This document shows positions 30,901-36,958 of a DNA stretch of 64,000 nucleotides, piece after piece. Location: the IMG/VR virus record IMGVR_UViG_3300025668_000745, positions 1 to 64,000 of that record, one strand, 5' to 3'. Numbering within the stretch: the first letter of the stretch is position 1; each line of letters starts with the position of its first letter. The stretch comes from a virus. Made by a program: the position numbers and the translations under genes. The notes under the pieces are model-generated. The model had not been told where the DNA came from. It did no database searches and worked only from the letters and a program-made list of their open reading frames with translations.

Positions 30901-30964
30901 TTCAGATGCAAATAATTTAATAGCAAGATTTATAAGATCTACAACACAGGGACTACCCGAATAA
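15968..30964 (+). CDS. Giant virion structural protein (baseplate wedge gp7-like with adhesin-type modules), 4998 aa
   Basis: Uninterrupted 15-kb ORF after gp6. Carries FYQGMIREKGT and EVKPYKTKI wedge-type motifs, FG-GAP-like repeats, CBM5/12-like aromatic repeats and G.GY...P.VTI repeats. Confidence 0.75.
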   Translation: MAYNDNQNENELPTGNVKKTSSQFLPRYFRSDFNKKFLQSTVDQFISNGNIEKINDYVGKRSARSVIEQDTFLPDVSKEREDYQLEPALVNFDEVNNVTFFKDYNDFLNQLKIFGADTTNHNRLNQQEFYSWDPKIDFDKFTNFREYYWLPNGPSAITVVGQEEIIESTYTVKLGDDLDNTPYIFDPNGLTRNPTLTLYKGRTYRFEVDCKDAPLFFRTSNINDDDYNFGMAVNNGAEEGIIEINLLDTAPDTLYYINGNDQNQSGIINVLKAEDASSLDVELEILGKKNFKLSNNVEISNGMKLNFAGKTNPSKYEEGNWYVEGVGNSIVLVSDKDLEIPAKYSDATQVEFDNVPFDSIPFSDQATFAGTKDYIVINRSSPEKSQWSRYNRWYHKDIIETSAKVTNTTAELNQDNRAFKPIIEFNSGLKLYNYGTRNITNVDLIDTFTNDVFSIIEGQQGYNIDGVNLVDGMKIIFNADTDTRVLGKIYQVKFIKFKNNNQLTLVELESPQPVLNDTVLVQQGTNNSGTVYWFNGSKWIKAQEKTAVNQCPLFDLFDEDGNSFADETVYNATSFKGNKIFSYSEGTGTNDDDLGFPLSYRTIENTGDLLFNFNFIKETYNYTTSNLLLTEKISSNSYVRVYDRIGNYTTENAWKKSKVTNTQRIVLQYFANIDNQNNFEINCFDTIPLDVTAQVYVNNDLKFENTDYNLVNENNKLYVRFLQNQLDKSITIKVSSKQDKNSNGTYEIPINLERNPKNEELPEFTFGEVADHVLSIVEEHPKFSGIFPGTGNLRDLPDNCLYGKKVVRHSSPFMLSGYHILNKDANIIKSLRYAKREYSKFKRLLLQTAMTLGYEGSAGNHLNIILGEITKNKTNTMPFYFSDMIAYKGFVTVEHLVKDSRILNYPMNQQFSLTNLTDKSVLVYKNNILLTYGKDYTFNQDFVKLTEVSRNDTIKIQEYETTNGSFVPPTPTKLGLYPATEPLIFVDNTYQTPTKMIQGHDGSLIRAYDDFRDDIILEFETRIYNNLKVSYNTRFFDYDKLYVSAERKDGLSLESLNTSLSIDFGQWLTFTGGVDYQKNSYLNLDNAFTYNYNNFALFNNDPAPGFWRGVFNYVYDTDRPHTHPWEMLGFSVKPNWWEEQYGPAPYTDGNMVLWSDIAQGKIKKPGVPVTTIKTKIRPWLLTHIPVTEFGTLKTPLEAGLIKQYSNALATGDFRFGDMSPVENAWRKSSEYPFALLAATIVNYPHLVFATGFDKSRQVVSSQDQIVYNPTNNQITMQDIVFPNIATDTSKSNTIGLINYIQNYLTSKSQIPISVYQNELTNIDIRICSKLGGFTNKDNFKLILDSRTPLNEGNVFVPSENYDIFLNTSSPIDQVIYSGVIIEKLENGYSVKGYDKEKSLFYINEHLESANDSTFVTGGVSDTYSDWRATTWGKGQIVLYNGNYYRALDNIELGEFNPDEWQKLLSLPVVGGVRATVRKRFTNNVVTVPYGTVYETVQDVVDFLLSYEKYLQTSGFEFNTFNKELELVANWLTSAKEFMFWTTQNWELGSVITLSPSADRLVYNNKNAVIDNIFDPFYGNEIFKADGTKLDRSTLSTYRQNSEFVIETKTNDGLYFCKLYPIQKEHVLVLDNRTKFKDYIYDPAMGYRQDRVKILGYRTSDWNGGFDIPGFVYDNIKVTSWESYKDYKIGDTIKFKEYYYVADKNITGTETFDASVWVQLSEAPTPKLKPNWDYRSAQFADFYDLDTDNFDTEQQKLAQHLIGYQPRKYLENIINDEVSQYKFYQGMIREKGTKNSLTKLFDSLGKSDKDSLKFYEEWAVRTGQYGAVDNFREVEYLIDEQKYILQPQPVKLTNLISASDTSLVYKIPEADVYTKPLDYNHSNSFVSKTDYSQFLKDAGYVAEEDVAFVIKEIDEILNLDFSQVTRSSYIWVSNNNGDWDILKPTKTELVIESITSEAREITFDTNIQVTDIKVNDYIGVYGIVEDAGLINDDKIGRCFKVKKIQGSAITVDSIAQAPESITTGSAFIYKFVSYRTKDIETFNNNLNSNYLTTNDKVWIDSVDNSKWNVVSNTNPYYQHQEITTELTFKDAWVADTRYKRNDIVLFSGDRYVAINEVTSAVDPSADTTNWQLTEFVADGFGSKVVSGKKNQNVFVLAQDSYNGLGTIFYYQRNSETLNLAYMNKFESLEEYATNFKYDNIAVSDDEEIVVVSSSQASNVKTNYKGLFNDAAPGGTYVEGDIVEYQDTLWKFNADYIDDASTLFTEVQDVVPVNNIPVESLGSTSYGTYNEQGVIFVYKKSGPRSYALVNSTISRRPQLSEFFGKEVVITQKDGTYELFVSAPGTNTNRIYFLKYDGENNILSYNEDRRYKGQFDENKSYRKGDIVQLLVEGQSAQQGQQLFVANNTLPAQTFSSDNWKLQDPDINYLEYVPNTLFPVLNDDSTVLSDEEKENFGDSFAVSSNGEVLAVGISNYAKYDNEATYLTGDIVSNNGKTYEAVSSVPPVVERIIYLDSDGISTKVDIAPGSILTQANTNATGVVKNLVVDSNRILLTEVSGVFDTQSGNEVTVTTTDSSQLEDTPSGRFIGEVVNVPNADTTNTSAWREIAAEKVAIYRKNNTRFALAQVINGTVENQGFGSKIEISDDGNTLLIGAPLADVNNYDDSGKIYVYKWQLQNWTLTQTIEAPQDLRNQKFGDKFSFNEDTLFVITEGTYKFDNEVTDITLDGNFTRFGEKSNNSTNLHVYDNLQGGLLYAGKIILDKVTNFVDYSVYAKNNHVYIGLPYAGPVNDYGKVFDIRRQVNTTSWKVDKQQTDIIDTTKLKTVFAYNKDTKKLISDIDYIDVLQGKIAAPLEQEINFKTHYDPAIYDIGNDSVVVDSNQSWAERYIGTVWWNLSTSKFYNPYQGDVLYKTNYWNKIFPGYNVEVCEWVESNYIPSQWDSLSGTSEGFAQGITGDTKYGDDVYATGRKYDPEAQAFTTKYYYWVAQKKTLPNNNSYRKLTAQEIALMIEDPAGQGYRFVALLDNDEFAMFNLKGLISGKTTALNFSYYVKDNINTNIHTQYKIFTDGLATSVPSNDLQEKWFDSLIGYDKFFRDVPNKDLSEKQKYGTLNTPRQSMFKNKFEARKQFFERVNYELNKRIILDDYDLSNLLLSDIEPDFKENKYDVAIDNNLQLETISLDNKTTAEISIELVDGKINKVKITNPGIGYVTAPSVTIGGDGQQAVLETEITDGKVTNVIIKNKGKNYNTISAVVRPYTVLIRADNTVENKWSLYSYDYVEFTWKRITGQQYDNTLYWSYKDWYAATVSELTSIDYVVENNYELELLSDKIGDIIKIQTIGTGGWLLLRKVDNTNTDTSIDYETIGRQNGTIEFNKSLWDYNQQQIGFDLESFDTQLYDNEPVRELRNILNALANNIFVDNLRLEWNQLFLAGIRYVFTEQRYVDWAFKTSFVKAEHRLGEFEQKITFQNDNLSSYEDYVREVKPYKTKIREYLSTYEKVTNTNTLVTDFDLMPLFNPISGKIEPLNIKLQQGQIFVQEGKADSVNRNWANNVGFQVEEINVYDGGRGYTYTPKVTIESVSGTGAEARAIMRNGEILKIEVLKSGTGYLTQPQVVIEQPTGEDAINPVIVARIGTGLPRAFTNKIKFDRISALSDYDSISVVDETFTGVSNSQIYNLENSMDLNKANVLVKIDGIELLSSEYTFGNTTEVGTTTLRDTYDLTTGNNYYNNFNSLITSGTDVEHGFINLTNTPAQDSVITVSYKRSVDSLNVADRISNYYKPAVGMYGNELTQLMEGVDYGGVEVTSFNFETENIVGWDQGAWDTVAWSTYTETGDEFTFLSDGITTSFTLPEGSTLEQDVEYNVYINSVRIDAPDFVAGTDEIPGTDEIPGSPADAEYNNGAISNVTGAGSDFFKREVTTNGVRIMGAGTVGGQTAVPDAWLEKVARMFELFLDPTGAGINEAFQRNLIKTLSGDAGTWHEGLPTLQRVARGAGADYTPNFLTDAGVISWNLTPLFDTHVANDMVWYLNSTGDGYGVGEIDAQEVIEHVFHTLHMHGLTDDIKLYSYISADWATGPLYAAMEEAFDAGKWDPSGYQANPDDWKTDADAFEVAAKEYMFLLNFAMFDYTGLWDGDSLAPEWADDVRTPAQIQTTLPVSYAFFNTYIAPVISKPSLATINSIFGDGNTPAQDDPSLSGASGYVVDALVGGTDAVAAIPGVPGTSATNEDAFMLTITGNGTNVFEFPDAAEFQAYVSDKPDAEITLRKETFDGGTLPDETSYDTLLTGGDLAYASATGVASEDIVIDGDGFVTIATSAGPEEVVPGHVADTLDIRVYNRPDDGGNVITTRTYTYTDTSTFDIGLNPSSTEGFIVKINKLIVDSTNYTLDFAQRQVTITMPLSANDEVTIYSISGGASNILDVDNFIADGSTSEYITNVLYREDANALVTVNGTEVIFEIFKTDSSYGSEANLIGIRFGEAPVANDYIYFAIVAGTTIPHSQVKIQNFTGDGSSTQFLLEQLPYTLTTPVYTNTIINVGDVFLNQGYNKKFTVNNALNQYQLDVWQIPTGSFDIQSAKVFVNNTLLAYETEFLWDETTNIFSLVAGTAQDGDDLKIFILGEEEFSIDTTNNLTTLVLGSAAALDTNIVVYSLGDDRTQLFERFHYDIAIDQSVSTESAQFKLYQRLKSGKIKLRNKAASPDFVWVFVNGILQTPNLDYVLSEEMNEVIYKESLQLNDKIEVLEFTTGGIGRRFGYRVFKDVTNKTIYKRLTDDRIYKVAKDFNFYDKTLELNTTAGLPTPSKDENIPGVVFIEGERIEYFIKLGNTLRQLRRGTRGTGVGELYTADTPVTDQSFIHTIPYNDNIEVVNETGDATSYEYNLPYVPNVVSNTLNTSAWNRSTIPLTFGQCNEIEVFVGGKRLHKEPYTVYDVVTNTNITYEAEFSVNGYNYGTQGNPMGRVRLTNPAGDNTNVKIVRKIGKTWIKDGEKLSDANNLIARFIRSTTQGLPE
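27584..27621 (+). repeat. 18-bp tandem duplication (GTDEIP x2)
   Basis: GGCACAGATGAAATTCCT occurs at 27584-27601 and again at 27602-27619. Confidence 0.95.
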
Positions 30965-30967
30965 ATA
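30961..30967 (+). promoter_or_regulatory. Putative late promoter ATAAATA
   Basis: Overlaps the stop of the giant gene, 17 nt before the ATG at 30985. Confidence 0.55.
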
Positions 30968-30984
30968 CATATAGGTGAAGGACT

Positions 30985-31599
30985 ATGATGAAACAAACAG
31001 ATGAACACAGCGGCATTTACGTAAAAGGACACATCAAAATTAGTGATCCAGATTCGGGTGAAGTTTATATTGATAAACCAAATGCTATACACTATGAGAA
31101 CATGAGTATTGCACTTGCTGAAAGTATCGGCAATGCAGGTCAAGGATTTATATTTGAAATGGCATTCGGCAACGGTGGCACAAATGTAGATCCAACAGGT
31201 ATTATTACATACCTTACTCCAAACAGTACAGGAACAAATGCAAGTTTATATAAACAAACATTTTCGAAAGTTGTAGACGATAGGAGTGTTAATAATACAG
31301 ATCCTATAAGAAATAAGATCGAAACAAGACACCTTAGCGGAACTAATTACACCGATATTGTAATAAGTTGTTTATTAGATTACGGCGAGCCAGATGGTCA
31401 AGATGCATTTGACACAGCAACTAATACAGAAAGTTTATATGTATTTGATGAATTAGGACTTAAAAGTTATTCACCTACTGGCGAAGGAAGATTACTTACA
31501 CATGTTATTTTCCATCCTGTACAAAAGTCACTTAACAGACTTATACAAATTGACTATACTGTAAGAGTACAAAGTTTAACAGGGTTTAACGAGGAGTAA
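30985..31599 (+). CDS. Virion structural protein (baseplate/fibre attachment)
   Basis: G...I.D...GE....K.NAI, MAFGNGG and FDELGL...LLTHVIFHPVQK motifs; structural context. Confidence 0.65.
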   Translation: MMKQTDEHSGIYVKGHIKISDPDSGEVYIDKPNAIHYENMSIALAESIGNAGQGFIFEMAFGNGGTNVDPTGIITYLTPNSTGTNASLYKQTFSKVVDDRSVNNTDPIRNKIETRHLSGTNYTDIVISCLLDYGEPDGQDAFDTATNTESLYVFDELGLKSYSPTGEGRLLTHVIFHPVQKSLNRLIQIDYTVRVQSLTGFNEE

Positions 31600-31601
31600 T
31601 A

Positions 31602-33620
31602 ATGGCAATAATAATTTATCATACTGACGGTACAAGATCGTTAACCATTACTGACAATACTGTTAATAATGAAACAAGTTTAGATTTACCCGGCAGAGGG
31701 TATACTGGTTATGGCACCAAGGTTAATGAAAACTTATTACACTTATTAGAAAACTTTGCTAATACTTCTGAGCCCAGCGGTCCGGTTATAGGACAACTTT
31801 GGTACGACACAGGCGCAGCAGGCGGCTTAAAAGTGTTTAACGGTTCGTCATTTTTAGATGCTGGCGGATTAAAGTCTGGAGCAATTAGACCTGCTGATGC
31901 TAAAAGTGCTCCTGGAGATTTATGGGTTGATACAACTAATGCACAATTATATTTGTGGAACGGAACTAAATGGATATTAATTGGTCCTGAATATTCCGAT
32001 GGATTAATTACTGGAGCAAAGCCAGATACAATTACTGATATTAGTAATTTAGAAAAAACAGTTTTATTTTTATATGTAGCTGGACAACCGCTTGCTGTAT
32101 TATCAACTGAAGATTTTACTCCAAAAACAGCGTTATCTGGTTATACTCAAATAAAATCAGGATTAAATATTTCATCTAACGTAGTAATGAACGGAATTGC
32201 TGAAAAGGCAAATAGTTTATTAGTTGACGGAACAAGTGTTGCTGGTAATCAGTTTTTAAGAAAAGATACTGCTAATATAACAAACGAATCACTAACAGTT
32301 CGAAATAACCAAGGTATTTCTGTAGGACTTGATAGTTCTATGAGATTAGAAGTTGGCGGAGTTACAGGTACAATCAAACACCCTTCGGCTAATAGTAATA
32401 TTAACCTTTCAGTTACTACATCACAAGGTTTGGCAAAAAATGTTTTAAGAGTTAGCGGAAGCGAAAAAGTTGGTATTAATAGAAACCCTGATGTTGCATT
32501 ACATGTAGCGGGTAACATACAGACTAATTTAGGTAATGCTGGTGAAAACGGCGATTTAATTATTGCTGGAGATGCTAACATAGGAGAAAACTTAGATGTT
32601 TCTGGAACATCGTTATTTGACGGTCTTGCTACATTTGGTACAGCAACAGCTACTAACTCTTTTTCAACTAACACATTATTACCAATATCAGAAGATTCAA
32701 ATATTGGTGCAGCAAATAATAGATGGAATACAGTATATGCACAAACAGTAAGAGCTGATACTATTGAAGGACAGTTTTCTGGTTCGGCAAGTACAGCAGG
32801 TAGATGGTCAAGTCCTATATCATTACAGTTTGGTGGCGGCAATAGTGACATTACAAGCTCCCCTATTGAAATTGATGGATCTGATAATGTTGTAATTAGT
32901 GCAAGTGTTTCAAGTAGTTTTATTGTAAACAAAAGTACAGTTAGTGATGCGGCTGTAGACGATTTATTATTAATACAGCGAGGCGGTCAATTATTTAAAT
33001 TAGCATATAGATCGATACAAGATGCATTACCTACTATTCCGGTCGGCACTATTATGCCGTATGGTGGCCCGACAGCACCTGTTGGATACCATTTATGTGA
33101 CGGAAGTCAAAAAATTATATCAGAATTTGAAGATTTATACGAAGTTATAGGTTATAATTATGGATCTATTAATAGTGTTTCAGCAGGTAGTTTTAAACTA
33201 CCCGACCTTAGAGGTAGAGTACCGTTAGGAGTTGATAACATGGGCGGATCAAGCGCAAATAGAACACTTGACACTTCAGCAGACACACTTGGATTATCAA
33301 ACGACGGTAAATCAAGTGAATTACTAATTCAACAAAGAAATTTACCTGAACACCAGCATACTTTTGAATCTTTTCCTGAAGGTAGCAATGTTGCAGTAGA
33401 TACATTTTATGCACTAAACGATAGTGTATCTGATACTACTGCTGTAGGTGTTAGTAATGACTTAGGCGTACAAAAAGACCCAGGAGGTACTACGTCTGCT
33501 ATAGATAGAACAGGTAAAATTTATAGACAAAATATTAACGAACCAGTAAATGAAGCAGTCAATATTATGCCTCCGTATCAAACATTTAATTATATTATCT
33601 ATCACGGAGTGCTATCATGA
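31602..33620 (+). CDS. Tail fibre protein with C-terminal tail-collar domain
   Basis: Shared fibre N-terminus (NENLLHLLENFA...GQLWYD). PVGTIMPYGG...GYHLCDG...FKLPDLRGRVPLG is a collar motif. Confidence 0.85.
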   Translation: MAIIIYHTDGTRSLTITDNTVNNETSLDLPGRGYTGYGTKVNENLLHLLENFANTSEPSGPVIGQLWYDTGAAGGLKVFNGSSFLDAGGLKSGAIRPADAKSAPGDLWVDTTNAQLYLWNGTKWILIGPEYSDGLITGAKPDTITDISNLEKTVLFLYVAGQPLAVLSTEDFTPKTALSGYTQIKSGLNISSNVVMNGIAEKANSLLVDGTSVAGNQFLRKDTANITNESLTVRNNQGISVGLDSSMRLEVGGVTGTIKHPSANSNINLSVTTSQGLAKNVLRVSGSEKVGINRNPDVALHVAGNIQTNLGNAGENGDLIIAGDANIGENLDVSGTSLFDGLATFGTATATNSFSTNTLLPISEDSNIGAANNRWNTVYAQTVRADTIEGQFSGSASTAGRWSSPISLQFGGGNSDITSSPIEIDGSDNVVISASVSSSFIVNKSTVSDAAVDDLLLIQRGGQLFKLAYRSIQDALPTIPVGTIMPYGGPTAPVGYHLCDGSQKIISEFEDLYEVIGYNYGSINSVSAGSFKLPDLRGRVPLGVDNMGGSSANRTLDTSADTLGLSNDGKSSELLIQQRNLPEHQHTFESFPEGSNVAVDTFYALNDSVSDTTAVGVSNDLGVQKDPGGTTSAIDRTGKIYRQNINEPVNEAVNIMPPYQTFNYIIYHGVLS

Positions 33621-35338
33621 GCTATATTATTAACACTACAAACGGTTCTATTTTAACTACATTGGTAGACGGTACACGGGACATATCTACTACAAGTATA
33701 AGTTTAATAGGAAAAAATTATACAGGTTTTGGAGAAAGCATAAATGAAAATTTTGTTAATATACTCGAAAACTTTGCTAACACATCGGCACCGAGTGCTC
33801 CATTAGCTGGACAACTTTGGTGGGACACAAGTGAATCTCGATTAAAAGTTTACGACGGAACAACAAAAAGTTGGAGAACAAGTGGTGGACCTATATTATC
33901 TTCAGAAGAACCAATTATGGTTGCTGGCGATTTATGGATAGATACTTTCAATAGACAAATTTATTTTAAAGACTCTGCTGGATTAGATCCAGTATTAGTT
34001 GGACCAAGTTATAAAAACAGCCAAGGCAAAACTGGATTATTTTCAGAAGATATAATCAACGATGCTGGCTTAGAAAAAACAGTAAGTTCGTTATATGTAG
34101 CTGGATTAAAAATTGCAATTGTTTCAAAAGAAACAATTACTCCAAATGGTGTAATTGTAGGACTTACTGGAGATATTAAACCTGGTATAAATTATTTAAA
34201 TGTAACTGGAGAAACTAATCCTAAACTAATCGGTACAGCAACAAATGCAGAAAGTATAGGCGGCGTTAATATAAGTAATTTATTAAGAGGCGACTCTAAT
34301 GACCAAACAGTTGGTACTTTGCGTATAAAAAATGATGGAGGGTTATCGATAGGTAATGCTCAACCATATCATCAAATACTTATAAATGGTACACGAGATA
34401 CAATTTTTAAAAATAGTAGTAGTGGTTCAAAGATATCATTTGAACTACGTAATGCACAAGCACAAAGTGAAACAGCTATTGATATTAACCCTTCAGCAAG
34501 ACAGATTAAATTTTATCCTGTTACAGGAGATGCAGATGTAAATGTAAATGGTGATCTTACAGTAGAAGGCGATCTTACAGTTAACGGTTCAACTACAACA
34601 GTAAACTCAACAGAGCTATCAGTAGACGACAAAAATATCGAGTTAGCAGCTACCGATAGTCCGTCAGATGCTATAGCAGCAGGCGGCGGTATTATACTTA
34701 AAGGTAGTTCAGACCATAGCATTATTTGGAACTTAGATATTCCAAACGGTGATTACTGGACAGTTAACGATCATTTAAATCTTACAACAGGAAAGGCATT
34801 TAAAATTAACAATACAAGTATTTTAGATGCAGTTAGATTACATAACTCTGTTACAGAGAGTAATTTACAAACACTGGGAGATTTAAATAATCTTCAAATT
34901 AATAACGGTCCGTTTATGAGCGGAAACAATATTAGTACAACAGCGTCACTTACATTTGACGTAGACGGTATTGTTACGTTTACAAATAATACAGCTGATA
35001 TTAATATTAGAGGTATAGCAAACCCTGCGGCTAATAATGACGTTGCAAACAAAGCATATGTTGATCTTAAAACACGAGATACAAAGGTATCATTATCCTT
35101 TGATGCAACAAACTATAACGTAGGGCCTTACGCAAAATACGATCAATCAATTACACAAACTTGGTTACAACAGATTGCACCAGCATCTGACAGAAACGCA
35201 ACAACTACAGCGGCACTTCATTGCATCTTTTACTTACCTGGCGGTATAGAAAGAGAAGTAAGAAGATATGTAGTATCAATCATTAACAATGCAAAAACGT
35301 GGGATTTTCAAGGTGTTGAAAATATATCACAGCCATAA
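33617..35338 (+). CDS. Tail fibre protein
   Basis: Same N-terminal domain (NENFVNILENFA...GQLWWD), GDLTVEGDLTVNGSTTTVNST repeat and DVANKAYVD motif. Confidence 0.8.
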   Translation: MSYIINTTNGSILTTLVDGTRDISTTSISLIGKNYTGFGESINENFVNILENFANTSAPSAPLAGQLWWDTSESRLKVYDGTTKSWRTSGGPILSSEEPIMVAGDLWIDTFNRQIYFKDSAGLDPVLVGPSYKNSQGKTGLFSEDIINDAGLEKTVSSLYVAGLKIAIVSKETITPNGVIVGLTGDIKPGINYLNVTGETNPKLIGTATNAESIGGVNISNLLRGDSNDQTVGTLRIKNDGGLSIGNAQPYHQILINGTRDTIFKNSSSGSKISFELRNAQAQSETAIDINPSARQIKFYPVTGDADVNVNGDLTVEGDLTVNGSTTTVNSTELSVDDKNIELAATDSPSDAIAAGGGIILKGSSDHSIIWNLDIPNGDYWTVNDHLNLTTGKAFKINNTSILDAVRLHNSVTESNLQTLGDLNNLQINNGPFMSGNNISTTASLTFDVDGIVTFTNNTADINIRGIANPAANNDVANKAYVDLKTRDTKVSLSFDATNYNVGPYAKYDQSITQTWLQQIAPASDRNATTTAALHCIFYLPGGIEREVRRYVVSIINNAKTWDFQGVENISQP

Positions 35339-35358
35339 ATATTATATTGGCATAAATA
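35335..35358 (+). promoter_or_regulatory. Two ATAAATA late-promoter motifs
   Basis: ATAAATA at 35335-35341 and 35352-35358, ahead of the ATG at 35380. Confidence 0.6.
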
Positions 35359-35379
35359 CGTTATACATAGGGGTCAACA

Positions 35380-36933
35380 ATGGCATATAGCATACAAAAA
35401 ACAAGTGGTCAAACGTTATCTACAATTGCTGACGGCACAGTAGATAATACAACTGACTTAAAACTAATAGGTAAAAACTTTGCAGGGTACGGCGAAATAC
35501 AAAACGAAAACTTTGTATTTTTATTAGAAAACTTTGCAAGTGCGCAACAACCACCACGTCCGATAGCAGGGCAAGTTTGGTTTGATAGCGGAGAGAATAA
35601 ACTTAAATTTTACGACGGAAGTGCGTGGAAAACTACTGGTGGAACCACAAGTACTACTTCACAACCTGTAAATTTATCAGAAGGTGATCTTTGGTTTGAT
35701 AACGTAAATCAAAAATTATACATTTATAACGGCGCTGACTTTTCATTCATTGGACCCCAGGATGCAGGTGACGGCTTAACACAAATGCAAAGTAGAGAAA
35801 TAATTGCTACAGATAATACATCTAAGGCAGTTGTTGTTGCTACTATAGAAGATGAAGAAATTGCAATTTTTAGTAATTCTAATTTTACTATTAAAGATAC
35901 AGGAACACAATTTGCTGATTTTGCAGGATTTGTTGACAATAACAGAACAATCAAAAAAGGTATTACATTAAAAGGTAATGACGAAAATGGTGTTAACACT
36001 GAAACATTCTTTTACGGCACAGCTACTAATGCAACTAAGTTAGGTGGATTTAGTGCAGCTAATTATGTAAGATCAGATCAAGCAAACTTTTCCGGCACAG
36101 TAGTTAACTTTGATGATAACGGTATTAATATTGGTAATGATCAAGATATGTCTATTGTTATAGATGGTAGCGGCGGCAATGAAGGTCATCTAAAAATGAA
36201 CCAACAGTTGTTAAAGTTTAGTACTTATAACGGTGCATCATATGATGAAGTATTTAAAATTAACGGCTCGCAAATATTGCCAGGCGGCACACCAGTAAAC
36301 CAAGTTAGTGCAAGATCAATCGGCGATGCAACAAATCAGTTTAACGAAGTTCATGCACAATCATTTAAAGGTACATCGGATAGAACAAACGAAATGCGTG
36401 TAGGTCTACCTGCAAATAATGAATATATTACAGCAAGCTATACATATGCTGGAGCAGCGGATGCTAATACAGTTGTAGCAAGAGACGACAACGGTAATAT
36501 TGCTGCTAATGAACTTTACGGCGTATCGAGTCGTGCAAAGTATGCTGACTTAGCAGAAATATATAAATCAGAAAACAACGATATTCCTAATGGAACAATT
36601 GTTGGTATTACAGGCGGCGCCGGCGATACAGAAATAGGTCCGGCATTTATAAACGGTGCAAACGCAACTGCTATCGGTGTAATTAGTACAGCGCCAGCAT
36701 ATTTAATGAATGCCGATGCTTCCGGACAAGCAGTTGGATTAATAGGTAGAGTTCCAACACTTGTAAAAGGTCCAGCAAAAATGGGAGCTCCGGTGTATGT
36801 AAGTAATGATCCAGGTATAGGTACAACAGAACCAGACCCGGATGGGCCATTATGTCTTGTAGGATACATATTAGAAGAAGACGCCGGCGTTAGTGAAGCC
36901 GCACGATTAGTTGAATGTTTTATTAAGTGCTAA
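35380..36933 (+). CDS. Tail fibre protein with putative C-terminal autocleaving chaperone domain
   Basis: Same N-terminal domain. C-terminal YADLAEIY...GVIST.PAYLMN...GLIGRVP resembles peptidase-G2/intramolecular chaperone domains. Confidence 0.8.
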   Translation: MAYSIQKTSGQTLSTIADGTVDNTTDLKLIGKNFAGYGEIQNENFVFLLENFASAQQPPRPIAGQVWFDSGENKLKFYDGSAWKTTGGTTSTTSQPVNLSEGDLWFDNVNQKLYIYNGADFSFIGPQDAGDGLTQMQSREIIATDNTSKAVVVATIEDEEIAIFSNSNFTIKDTGTQFADFAGFVDNNRTIKKGITLKGNDENGVNTETFFYGTATNATKLGGFSAANYVRSDQANFSGTVVNFDDNGINIGNDQDMSIVIDGSGGNEGHLKMNQQLLKFSTYNGASYDEVFKINGSQILPGGTPVNQVSARSIGDATNQFNEVHAQSFKGTSDRTNEMRVGLPANNEYITASYTYAGAADANTVVARDDNGNIAANELYGVSSRAKYADLAEIYKSENNDIPNGTIVGITGGAGDTEIGPAFINGANATAIGVISTAPAYLMNADASGQAVGLIGRVPTLVKGPAKMGAPVYVSNDPGIGTTEPDPDGPLCLVGYILEEDAGVSEAARLVECFIKC

Positions 36934-36936
36934 ATA
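36930..36936 (+). promoter_or_regulatory. Putative late promoter CTAAATA
   Basis: TAAATA core upstream of a GAGG RBS and the ATG at 36959. Confidence 0.45.
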
Positions 36937-36958
36937 GTACGTATAACGAGGAAAAGCA

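Noticed and set aside
32249-32932. 227-aa minus-strand ORF and the many other short antisense ORFs in the structural and enzyme genes
   Set aside because: They are shadow frames of strongly biased plus-strand genes, with no RBS and no recognisable motifs.
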